NCBI GenBank assembly: GCA_945882015.1
Contig: CAMCVM010000002.1
Location: forward strand, 51,116 to 115,115
Reading direction: 5' to 3'
Length of the DNA stretch: 64,000 bases
From: a candidate division TM6 bacterium GW2011_GWF2_32_72
Lineage (GTDB): Bacteria > Babelota > Babeliae > Babelales > CAIQNR01
Below the pieces are notes generated by a model. The model was not told where the DNA came from. It searched no databases and saw only the letters and a program-made list of their open reading frames with translations. Of the stretch, positions 44,747 through 53,547 are shown in pieces (positions within the stretch are counted from its first letter, which is position 1; each line of letters starts with the position of its first letter). The translations under genes were made by a program, and so were the position numbers.

Positions 44747-46078
44747 TTATATTGCAAGAAATTGTTGAATTACCGTAAGCCAGTCGGTATAGATAGAAAA
44801 CTGTGATTTTTTATAGGATTTATGCAATACATGTTCTGGAAAATAAATAGAAACTCCCTTTGCTTTATCAAATAAGCTCCCTACTTTATTTGCAACAACC
44901 ATTGTTTTTATAAGCTCAAGGCCTTCAGCTAAAACCTCTGAAATTCTTTTTTTAAAAGATGAATTTTCTGGAGAATTTAGGAGTGCAACATGCGCAACAT
45001 TGCGCAACAAGTTTCTTAAGAAGTTGTCTAGATCAATATAGTCAGGTTCATCAAAGTGTATGCAATGATGGCTATACCTACTTTTGCGCAACAATTGTGC
45101 AACAGTTTCTGGATTATTTGAAAGTCCTTTATGCAACAGAAAAGCCAGTTCTTTGATGTTGCTTTCTAGTTTTTGTGCAACAGAAAGGTCAAGGCATGAC
45201 AACGTGTAATCATTTGCAAAATGGTAAGTCTTTGCATATGCGTTTACAATGTGTTTTGCAAATTCTAGAGGCGTGGGCGCTTTTGTTTCGAACAGAGAGA
45301 GTGCTTTTTTGTAGTTCCATCCAGTTCCTCGTTCAACTTCTTGAGAGGCAACCATCAAATGAGCGTAATTTTTTGCAATATACATTACTTCGACCATTGC
45401 CATTAAGCAGGTATCAAAGCCTATCAGGTCTAATTTATTGTTATTCAGCCCTTGCTTACAAATCATTTTAAGAGCAAAATCAAGATCTCTTTCTTTTAAA
45501 AAATTCCCTGTTGCTTCGTCAAAACAGACCCCTTTTTGTATTGATTTTTTATCAACGATTTCAAAATTTGAAAAAAGAGGAAGATATAAAGGGCTTTCTG
45601 GCAAACTATAATCAAATTCAAAAATTTCAGAGACAGTAAGCGTTCTACCAGTTGAAGGATCAAGTGGTCCAGTTCCATGATTCCAGAAGATAAGGGCATA
45701 ATGATCGGCAGGAAACTGCGCAATAGTATTGTTGCAAAATTGAATCAGGGTTTTTGGGTCTCCGCTGTCAGCAAGCTTGCTGTTATTAATTGTTTTTATA
45801 AGTAGTTGATGATCTTTTTCTATTTTTATAATTTTTGCATAATTTTCTCGGCTTGCGTGATGTTCTTGAGCAAGAAAAATAATAAGGTTCAATTGTTCAT
45901 TTGAACCAATACGCATCATTTGTTTGATATTTTCAATGGCAAAAATATCAAGATCATTATTTGCAGCCATATAAACCATCACAGTCCATTTTGCTTGAGC
46001 TGCTGACTGGAAAGAATAAGACATGATGCAAAGCAGAGCAATTAAATAATTTTTATGGAACATATAATTATAAAACAA
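44747..46078 (-). CDS. clostripain-like (peptidase C11) cysteine protease, secreted (paralogue A)
   Basis: Signal peptide ...LLCIMSYSFQSAAQA. C11 landmarks WTVMVYMAANNDLD, HYALIFWNHGTG (catalytic His) and IGFDTCLMAMVEV (catalytic Cys). Confidence 0.75.
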   Translation of the reverse strand: MFYNYMFHKNYLIALLCIMSYSFQSAAQAKWTVMVYMAANNDLDIFAIENIKQMMRIGSNEQLNLIIFLAQEHHASRENYAKIIKIEKDHQLLIKTINNSKLADSGDPKTLIQFCNNTIAQFPADHYALIFWNHGTGPLDPSTGRTLTVSEIFEFDYSLPESPLYLPLFSNFEIVDKKSIQKGVCFDEATGNFLKERDLDFALKMICKQGLNNNKLDLIGFDTCLMAMVEVMYIAKNYAHLMVASQEVERGTGWNYKKALSLFETKAPTPLEFAKHIVNAYAKTYHFANDYTLSCLDLSVAQKLESNIKELAFLLHKGLSNNPETVAQLLRKSRYSHHCIHFDEPDYIDLDNFLRNLLRNVAHVALLNSPENSSFKKRISEVLAEGLELIKTMVVANKVGSLFDKAKGVSIYFPEHVLHKSYKKSQFSIYTDWLTVIQQFLAI

Positions 46079-47468
46079 GTTTAAGCAAATTTACCCAACT
46101 TGTATTTTTCGCAAAAGTAGTTTGTAAATACGACCCATCAATAGAACGTAGTGGGAAGTAGATGGCAAGCCCCTTTGCTTTTTGTAAGTTTGCGCCCGTT
46201 TGATTTGCAATCACCGCTTTAGTAATTAATTTAATTCCTTCTTGCAGTAAGTCTTTTACATGATTTTTTAAATAGGCATGCGAATCAGTAAGATGCATAA
46301 AATCAATCGCTTCAAATAGATTTGAATAAAAATGATGAAGGTCTATGTAAGTAGGTTCTGCAAAGCAAGTACAAGCTCTTTTTGCGCGACTTGCTTTAAT
46401 CGATCGTTTTACTGAAAAATCAAGTTCATGGTGGATCATTTCAATAAGGGTTGAGCTTACTTTTGTAATATTTTTTTCAAGAGCTTCTATGCGCGAAAGG
46501 TCAATAGCTGATTGTGTAAAATCTTTGGTAACGTGTTCATATCCTTGCGCGTAGCCAATAACAATTTGTTGCGCAAATTCATAAGGGGTTAAGGTTTGCG
46601 TTGCAAAAGGGGCTAGTATCAGATTATACGGATAGCCCGTTCCGAGTTCAACTTCTTCAGAAGCGGCCATGTAATCAGTATAAGGACTAATTAAATGAGC
46701 GACTTCAACCATGGCCATTAAGCAAGCGTCAAACGCTATGATATCAAATTTTTTATGTAAAATTTTCTCACAAACAGTTTTTAGGGCGTAATCAAGTTTT
46801 TGGTTGGTTAAATATGATCCATAGGTGTCACTAAAGCATACACCGCGAGAAATTAAATCAGTATTTTTATGTTCAAGAAAATCAAGGAAGTTAATTGAAC
46901 GGTCAAGCTCCAACATATGATTTGCGGGATTAAAAGTAAAAAGTTCAGAAGCGTTAGTTGTTTTGGTTGGAATAGAATCTAAGATCCCAGTTCCGTGGTT
47001 CCATAGTACTAATGCATAATGATGAGCAGGGTATTGTGTAATTGCCCATTGACAACAATCAATAAGTGTTTGAGGACTTCCAAAATTAAGTTTTTGTTGT
47101 GACGAACTGTCGTCGACATTCACTTGATAGACTACTTCTTTGGTCACATAGAGTCGCTTGGTATACTGATGCGCTCCATATCTATCCAGCTGGACAACAA
47201 TTGAAATGTTTTCATTAGATCCTACTTTGCTCATTGCTTTAATATTATGATACGCAAAATAATCAAGGTCATTGTCGGCTGCTAAGTAAACAATAAAAGT
47301 CCAATCAGATTTAATTGGTTTTCTTTTGGCAAGTTCTGTTTGAGATATTTCAATGGTGTCAATTAAGAAGGGGTGCTCTAATGAATGTTCAGAGCGAATT
47401 CCTACAAAAAAAGTAAAGAGAAATAAAAAACTGCACAATTTTTTTGAAAGTATTTTGAAATAGAACAT
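46068..47468 (-). CDS. clostripain-like (peptidase C11) cysteine protease, secreted (paralogue B); track ORF extends to 47498
   Basis: ATG 47466-47468 has an AAGGAG SD 5 nt upstream. Leader MFYFKILSKKLCSFLFLFTFFVG. Landmarks WTFIVYLAADNDLD, HYALVLWNHGTG and IAFDACLMAMVEV. Confidence 0.75.
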   Translation of the reverse strand: MFYFKILSKKLCSFLFLFTFFVGIRSEHSLEHPFLIDTIEISQTELAKRKPIKSDWTFIVYLAADNDLDYFAYHNIKAMSKVGSNENISIVVQLDRYGAHQYTKRLYVTKEVVYQVNVDDSSSQQKLNFGSPQTLIDCCQWAITQYPAHHYALVLWNHGTGILDSIPTKTTNASELFTFNPANHMLELDRSINFLDFLEHKNTDLISRGVCFSDTYGSYLTNQKLDYALKTVCEKILHKKFDIIAFDACLMAMVEVAHLISPYTDYMAASEEVELGTGYPYNLILAPFATQTLTPYEFAQQIVIGYAQGYEHVTKDFTQSAIDLSRIEALEKNITKVSSTLIEMIHHELDFSVKRSIKASRAKRACTCFAEPTYIDLHHFYSNLFEAIDFMHLTDSHAYLKNHVKDLLQEGIKLITKAVIANQTGANLQKAKGLAIYFPLRSIDGSYLQTTFAKNTSWVNLLKLVL

Positions 47469-47529
47469 AGCAGCTCCTTTTTTGCTTAAGTATGTCAAAA
47501 TACTAATTTTTTTTTTAACAATTAAGCAA

Positions 47530-48624
47530 TTAAAAGGAGTTCGAAATTCTTTTTTTTCGATCTAGATAAGAAATCCAAGCAAGGCAAAAGGTGAGGAAAA
47601 AGCTTAATTGAAAATCTAAGAAAAAGAGTTGAAAGGGGTTGCAAAGCAAGACAAGGCAACAAACAAGACAAATCAAATGAACCGCATTTACTTGTAAATC
47701 AAAAAGGTTACAAAATTTATAAAATAGAAAGAGCAGGAAAGCTCTAATAAAAGAAATGCTTGGCGGGGTTAAAAGATAGTAAACACAGCACAGCAATGTC
47801 ATGCAAAGAGTTTTGAGTGTAAAATGAAAAGGCAGCAAAGAAATTAAAAAATGCCATGCAAGAATAAACAATACTAAATGCAAGCCAGATCGAGCTAGGT
47901 GATGGGATATCCCCCATGTTTGAAATGGTATTTTATATTTCTCTATCGTTCTTTTTACTCTGCTTTTGTCTCCCATAAATAAAGAACTAAAAAAGGCAAA
48001 AGCTTTAAAAGACATCTTTTTTTTCAGCCCATTAAAAATTCGCTCTTTATGAAAATCAAGCCAACCATTGATTGAAAATTTTGTAGTAATTGTTTCTGGG
48101 ATGCACTGAAATTTAAAAGCGGTTCCAATAATTGCTTGTTTATAAAGGTATGATCGAAAAGCTTTATTATTTGATTTTTTAATTGCTAGGTCTTTACAAG
48201 TAATAGTGTCGCCGGCATTAAAAAGGGGATTTCTTTTGGTAAAAATAAAGAATGAAAAAGGGTTATCAGTTAAAGCTCTGCCGGTTATTCGATAAGGCCA
48301 ATTGTAGTTACCTGCTTGAGTAATATCAGTAACTTGGACAGTAGTAGTTAATTTCTGAGGAATAACAAAAGAATCGAGTCGATAAAAATGAACAGAATAG
48401 GATAAGTATCCTAATAAAAAAGCAAAAATCGCTAAATTTAAAGATATTTTTTTTATGCAGTAAGCAATTAAGCTTAATAATAAAAAAGAACCGGCTATTA
48501 TGATATGCAATAATGGCTTTGAATCGATTAAAAAATCAGCAAAAACAATACCATTAAGCAAGAAAAAAGTCGCCTTAAGTAAAAGACTTTCAGGGGCTGG
48601 AATAAATTGTTTTAAAATAACCAT
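47530..48624 (-). CDS. short ComEC/Rec2-family membrane protein (364 aa)
   Basis: N-terminal TM helices, then an OB-like DUF4131-type segment, then the competence-domain motif WGISHHLARSGLHLVLF and further TM helices. No metallo-beta-lactamase domain is present. Confidence 0.55.
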   Translation of the reverse strand: MVILKQFIPAPESLLLKATFFLLNGIVFADFLIDSKPLLHIIIAGSFLLLSLIAYCIKKISLNLAIFAFLLGYLSYSVHFYRLDSFVIPQKLTTTVQVTDITQAGNYNWPYRITGRALTDNPFSFFIFTKRNPLFNAGDTITCKDLAIKKSNNKAFRSYLYKQAIIGTAFKFQCIPETITTKFSINGWLDFHKERIFNGLKKKMSFKAFAFFSSLFMGDKSRVKRTIEKYKIPFQTWGISHHLARSGLHLVLFILAWHFLISLLPFHFTLKTLCMTLLCCVYYLLTPPSISFIRAFLLFLFYKFCNLFDLQVNAVHLICLVCCLVLLCNPFQLFFLDFQLSFFLTFCLAWISYLDRKKRISNSF

Positions 48625-48867
48625 AAAGCGCTTTCAATCAATATTTGTACAAATGAGTATAGAAAGATAGTTTAAAAAGTATAGCTAGAAGTATATTTTT
48701 CTTATTTAATTTCTTCTTGTGTGATTTTTTTTATTCAAAAAGAAACATAAGAAAATCTTTTTTAAAAAAAGGTCTTGAGCTTGCGTTGTGCTATCTGTCA
48801 AAGTTGTCATAAAAGATGAATCTGTGTACCTTAAGAATTAAAGATTAAATTTAGAAAAAGGATATTT

Positions 48868-51492
48868 ATGCCGCTTATTCAGGGACAGATAGCAAAAATG
48901 ATTCTTTCTAATGGGTTAGTTGTTCTGGTTAATTCAATGACCAATATCCCAAAGGTTTCTATGGAGCTTTGGTACCATGTGGGCTCAAAAGATGAAAAAA
49001 ATGGCGAAAAGGGCTTAGCTCACTTAGTTGAACATATGATCTTTAAAGGTACACAAGTTTTATCTGAGTCAGATATCAATATGATTACGCATAAACTTTC
49101 TGGCGATACTAATGCATTTACTATGCATGACGCAACTGGTTATCTTTATCATTTCCCAACGCAACACTGGAAAGAAGGTTTTGCTTTATTGTCTGACTGT
49201 ATGCGCAACGCTCGCTTTGATGAGCAAATGCTTAATTCTGAATTGAAAGCGGTAATTCAAGAACTGAAAATGGGTAAAGACCGGCATTCCGGATTTTTAA
49301 TTGATGAAATGTTGTCGGTAATGTTTATCGACCACCCGTATCATTATCCTATTATTGGGTTTAAACAAGATTTATGGAGTTTAAAGCGGCAAACCTTATT
49401 TGATTTTTACCATCGGCATTATATCCCTAACAACGCGGTACTAGTGGTTGTTGGCGATGTCACACCTCAGGAAGTTTTTGAAGAAGCTGAAAAAATGTTT
49501 GGGGATATCAAGCCTGATTTGACCTATAAAAAAGAAGAATTTTATCATGCTCAAGATTTAATTTCAAAATCAGTAACGTTGTATCGAGATATTCAAAACC
49601 CAATGGTTTTTATGGCTGCAACATTGCCAGGCGCTAGAACAAAACAGCACTATGTATATGATGTTTTAAGCTCTGTGTTGGGGTCAGGTTCAAGTTCTCG
49701 GCTTGTTAAAAAGTTGGTCGACGAGTTGCAATTGGTTACCGATTTGCAAATGTTCACGTATGAAATGGAAGATGCTACACCGATTTTTATTTATTTTGAG
49801 CCAATTGATGTTAAAGACATTGAAACAATAAAACGAATTATTCATCAAGAAATAGATTTAATTATTAAAGATGGCATTACTCAAAAAGAGTTAGAATGCG
49901 CTGCAAAAAAAGTAAAAACAGCCCTCTTAAGTCTTTTAGAAAAATCAGAAAAAAGAGCGAATCTAATCGCTCAATCATATATGTTTACTGGCGATGAGAA
50001 TTTTATTTTTAATTATGCAGACTATGCATCAGATGACATAGAAGCAGAAGTTAAAGAGTTATTGGTAACCTATTTTACTCCTTCAAGAATGCATATGGGG
50101 CAAGTTTTGCCGCTTTCTGAAAAAGATAAGAAGCAATGGGTGTTAATGCAAGAAATTTCTGATGCAGAAGATGCAAAAATTTTAAACGGTAGAACACGAG
50201 AAACTGAAGTTGAACCAGCACGACATGTTACAACTATACAAGTGAAAGATCCTAAAAATTTCCATTTCCATCGTTCAGAAAAATTTAGTTTATCAAATAA
50301 TTTAAAAGTGTTTGTACGCAATAACAAAGAACTTCCAAAAATTGATTTGATTTTGACATTAAAGGCTCGTGGTCATTATGATCCGCAAGACAAACAAGGG
50401 TTGTATGCGTTCACCTCTGATATGTTATTAGAAGGGACTCAGCATTACTCAGGAACACAGCTGGCTCAAGAGCTAGAAGAATACGGAATGGACCTTTCTA
50501 TTGAATCAGGAAAAATTACGTTAAGCATGTTAAGTGCTGATTTTGAAAAAGGGCTTGAGCTTTTACATGAGTTATTAACTAATGCGTTATTTGATAAAAA
50601 AGCAATAGAAAAAATACGTACAAAAATGTTAAGCGACCTTAAGGCTTTTTGGAATAAACCTCGCGCAATAGCAGGACAACTGATCACTCAGGCTCTTTAT
50701 AAAGATCATCCATATGCACAAAATCAACATGGAACATTTGAGAGTTTAAATGCCATTACTCAGAAAGATTTAAAACATTTTTATAAAACGTATTTTAGTC
50801 CAGAGGGGGCTTGTCTTGCTTTGGTAGGGGACTTGCATGCATTTGATGTTAAAAAGGTATTAGAAAAGCATTTAGGTTCTTGGAAAGGCCAAATTGTTCA
50901 GGATATTGAATTTCCTGCCCTTAAACCTTATCAACCTGAAGTAATTACTCATCAGATCAATCGTGATCAAGTGACACTTTCATTTGCGCGACCTTCTATA
51001 ACTCGTCTTGACGATGATTATGATAAGCTTTTATTATTCGATCAAATTTTTGCCGCTGGCGGCATGGCATCACGGCTATTCCAATTAAGAGAACAGTCTG
51101 GTTTATTTTATACCATTACAGGAAGTTTAATGGCCCATGCAGACGAACAACCAGGTTTATTTATTGTGCAAACTGTTGTGTCTTTGGACCGCTTAGCCGA
51201 AGCAGAAAAAGCAATTAAAAAAACAATTGATACAGTTGTTGATTCACTTACGCAAGAAGAGTTGCAAGATGCAAAGCAAGCAATTATTAACGCTCAGGTT
51301 AATAATTTTGAAACAAATAAAAGAACAGCAAATGCATTTTTAGCAATGAACCGTTTTGGGTTTAAAGAAGATTATTTTGATACACGAGCTGCAACCATTA
51401 ATAAAATTACGTTAGATGAAGTTAAAGCTGCAGCGCGTAAATTTTTAGATAGTTCAAAAATGATCACTGTTAAAGTAGGAAGAGTTGTATAA
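48868..51492 (+). CDS. M16-family zinc peptidase, double-length (four-domain) form
   Basis: Inverted zinc motif GLAHLVEHMIFKGT (HxxEH) and the downstream E in the NAFT...region of the first half. The second half is homologous but lacks HxxEH. Confidence 0.85.
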   Translation: MPLIQGQIAKMILSNGLVVLVNSMTNIPKVSMELWYHVGSKDEKNGEKGLAHLVEHMIFKGTQVLSESDINMITHKLSGDTNAFTMHDATGYLYHFPTQHWKEGFALLSDCMRNARFDEQMLNSELKAVIQELKMGKDRHSGFLIDEMLSVMFIDHPYHYPIIGFKQDLWSLKRQTLFDFYHRHYIPNNAVLVVVGDVTPQEVFEEAEKMFGDIKPDLTYKKEEFYHAQDLISKSVTLYRDIQNPMVFMAATLPGARTKQHYVYDVLSSVLGSGSSSRLVKKLVDELQLVTDLQMFTYEMEDATPIFIYFEPIDVKDIETIKRIIHQEIDLIIKDGITQKELECAAKKVKTALLSLLEKSEKRANLIAQSYMFTGDENFIFNYADYASDDIEAEVKELLVTYFTPSRMHMGQVLPLSEKDKKQWVLMQEISDAEDAKILNGRTRETEVEPARHVTTIQVKDPKNFHFHRSEKFSLSNNLKVFVRNNKELPKIDLILTLKARGHYDPQDKQGLYAFTSDMLLEGTQHYSGTQLAQELEEYGMDLSIESGKITLSMLSADFEKGLELLHELLTNALFDKKAIEKIRTKMLSDLKAFWNKPRAIAGQLITQALYKDHPYAQNQHGTFESLNAITQKDLKHFYKTYFSPEGACLALVGDLHAFDVKKVLEKHLGSWKGQIVQDIEFPALKPYQPEVITHQINRDQVTLSFARPSITRLDDDYDKLLLFDQIFAAGGMASRLFQLREQSGLFYTITGSLMAHADEQPGLFIVQTVVSLDRLAEAEKAIKKTIDTVVDSLTQEELQDAKQAIINAQVNNFETNKRTANAFLAMNRFGFKEDYFDTRAATINKITLDEVKAAARKFLDSSKMITVKVGRVV

Positions 51493-51502
51493 CTGTAAAC
51501 GT

Positions 51503-52321
51503 ATGAATAATTTTTCTTTACATAGTCTTGATGAATTTAAAAAACTTGTGTGGGATTTTTATCAACATAATAAGCGTCAATTTGATTGGCGCGATGTTGA
51601 AGATCCCTATCAAATTGTTGTTTCAGAGATTATGTTACAACAAACTCAAACAAGCAGAGTTCAAAAAAAGTTTCATGAATTTTTACAAAAATTTCCAAAT
51701 TTTAATGCACTTGCGCAAGCAGAGCGTGTTGATGTTTTAAAAATTTGGGTAGGGCTTGGTTACAATCGACGAGCCGTTGCGCTGCATGAAATAGCAAAAA
51801 GAGTAATGCTTGAATATAAGGGACAATTGCCGGCCGATGTTGAAACCCTCAAAACTTTTAAAGGTCTGGGGCATGCAACAGCGTCGTCTATTGTTGCCTT
51901 TGCATTTAATAAACCAACGGTATTTATTGAAACTAATATCAGAACAGTATTTTTACACTGTTTTTACCGCAACGAAGAACTGGTTCATGATAAAATGTTG
52001 ATGCCTTTAGTTGCAATGACAGTTGATCAAGTTAATCCAAGGCAATGGTATTATGCTTTAACAGATTATGGAGTTTACTTAAAAAAAGAACATAAAAACC
52101 CAAGTCGCAACAGTAAACATCATCAAGTTCAATCGACATTTGCAGGTTCAGATCGACAAATTCGTGGTGCAATTATCAAGTTTTTAACAGAGCACACAAA
52201 AGTAACTCAAAACAAATTAATCAAAAACTTAGCGTTTGAAAAAGAACGCATTCTTGCGCAAACAGAAAAATTAATTGCTGAGCAGATGGTTATAAAAAAC
52301 AAAAATAGCCTTTCTTTATAA
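51503..52321 (+). CDS. MutY-like HhH-GPD DNA glycosylase without the Fe-S cluster Cys motif; track ORF starts at TTG 51485
   Basis: The stretch PYQIVVSEIMLQQTQTSRVQKKFHEFLQKFPNFNALAQAERVDVLKIWVGLGYNRRAVALHEIAK is collinear with the E. coli MutY N-terminal domain. HhH motif LKTFKGLGHATASSIVAFAF. There is no Cx6Cx2Cx5C. Confidence 0.7.
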   Translation: MNNFSLHSLDEFKKLVWDFYQHNKRQFDWRDVEDPYQIVVSEIMLQQTQTSRVQKKFHEFLQKFPNFNALAQAERVDVLKIWVGLGYNRRAVALHEIAKRVMLEYKGQLPADVETLKTFKGLGHATASSIVAFAFNKPTVFIETNIRTVFLHCFYRNEELVHDKMLMPLVAMTVDQVNPRQWYYALTDYGVYLKKEHKNPSRNSKHHQVQSTFAGSDRQIRGAIIKFLTEHTKVTQNKLIKNLAFEKERILAQTEKLIAEQMVIKNKNSLSL

Positions 52322-52471
52322 AAATATTTTTTGCAAAAAACCTTCTTAATCTTTATCAGATAAGTGTATTGAGAGTTTACTCTTTTGCCTTTTGGACTAT
52401 GTTTTGCTACAGTAAGGATAATAAAAGGGGCAAATTTTTGATTGTAATAATTAATAACAGGAGTTGCTACT

Positions 52472-53494
52472 ATGTTTTATTCCGAGTCTATTCTGAATCG
52501 ATCAGTTAAATCTTTTTTACTAGCTTTAAGCTTATTAATAAGTGGTTTACAAGCAGGACAACCACCAGCTTTGCCAGGTTCTGCAGCGGGCACTCCAGTT
52601 ATACAAGAACGGCCTCAGCAATTTGAGAGAGCTCAGCCGTTGCCATTACCAGGACTTGCGGGCCAGGTTGCAATTTCAGGTACTGTTGGCACTTTAGCTG
52701 GGGCAACAGCTTTTAATTTGTTAACAATGGGTTCAGTTCTTTCTTTTGCTCAGCGAGCTATTACAGGCGCAGGGATGACAGATTTTTTGATGTCCAAAGA
52801 CATCGCATATGTTGGCGGAGGCTTAGTTGGGTTAGGGACATCTGCTGCTCTATTGTATAAATTAAGAAGACTACAAGCAATTGCTCATCAAAACGCACAA
52901 AACCAAAATGCAGCGGTTCAAGTAGCTGCAGGATTAGCACAAGCTGTTAAAGAACTCCAAGAGGCTCAGCGTGGAGCTGCACAAGCATTAGAGCTACAAA
53001 AAACAGCAATTGAGGCTCTTAGTCAAGGGCAAAATAATCTGGAACAGCAAATTAATTTAAGAGCTCAAGAAACAGTACAAGTCTTAGCAAATTTAGCTGC
53101 GTCACAAGAACAAAGGTTTGCTGCAGCCGACCAAGCACGTGCAGCAGATACTCAAACTTTACAACAGCAAGCTGCTACGAATCATCAAGAAAATCAAGAG
53201 CGTTTTGGAGGCTTACAAAGACAATTAGATGCCTTACCTGGGGCAACCGTTCAGGCAATTTTAGCAGCTTTAGAAGGTCAAAGGTTAGCGCAACAACAAG
53301 AACAACGACAAAGAGCTTTGCCTGCTCATGAAGATGCAGCTGCGGCAGCAGAAGTTCGACCAAGAAGATCTATTGAATTTCAGCCGGGAGTTGTTTTAAG
53401 AACACAGCAAAGTGGCGGTGGTTTCGCAGATATTTTGCGTAATGAATTTTATGATAACGAGGTGATCTTCGGTAAATTCGAAGATATTACATAA
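52472..53494 (+). CDS. Gln/Ala-rich membrane-anchored hypothetical protein (340 aa)
   Basis: Leader SVKSFLLALSLLISGLQAG. Two Gly/Ala-rich hydrophobic segments. A long Q/A-rich helical region follows. aggag SD upstream. Confidence 0.5.
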   Translation: MFYSESILNRSVKSFLLALSLLISGLQAGQPPALPGSAAGTPVIQERPQQFERAQPLPLPGLAGQVAISGTVGTLAGATAFNLLTMGSVLSFAQRAITGAGMTDFLMSKDIAYVGGGLVGLGTSAALLYKLRRLQAIAHQNAQNQNAAVQVAAGLAQAVKELQEAQRGAAQALELQKTAIEALSQGQNNLEQQINLRAQETVQVLANLAASQEQRFAAADQARAADTQTLQQQAATNHQENQERFGGLQRQLDALPGATVQAILAALEGQRLAQQQEQRQRALPAHEDAAAAAEVRPRRSIEFQPGVVLRTQQSGGGFADILRNEFYDNEVIFGKFEDIT

Positions 53495-53496
53495 AT

Positions 53497-53526
53497 AAAA
53501 AGAGGCCTACAAAAAGGCCTCTTTTT
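53497..53526. terminator. bidirectional intrinsic terminator between convergent genes
   Basis: A perfect 11-bp stem pairs aaaaagaggcc (53497-53507) with ggcctcttttt (53516-53526) around an 8-nt loop. The A/T runs give a U-tract on both strands. Confidence 0.75.
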
Positions 53527-53547
53527 ATTTATGACTTTTATTTAAAT

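Noticed and set aside
44985-45185. Run of GCGCAACA / TGCAACA motifs inside the C11 protease gene that resembles the GCAAC repeats at 40846-40945
   Set aside because: On the coding strand these are simply Leu-Leu-Arg-Asn/Lys codon strings (LLRNLLRNVAHVALL, AQLLRKS). The similarity to the intergenic repeats is most likely coincidental.
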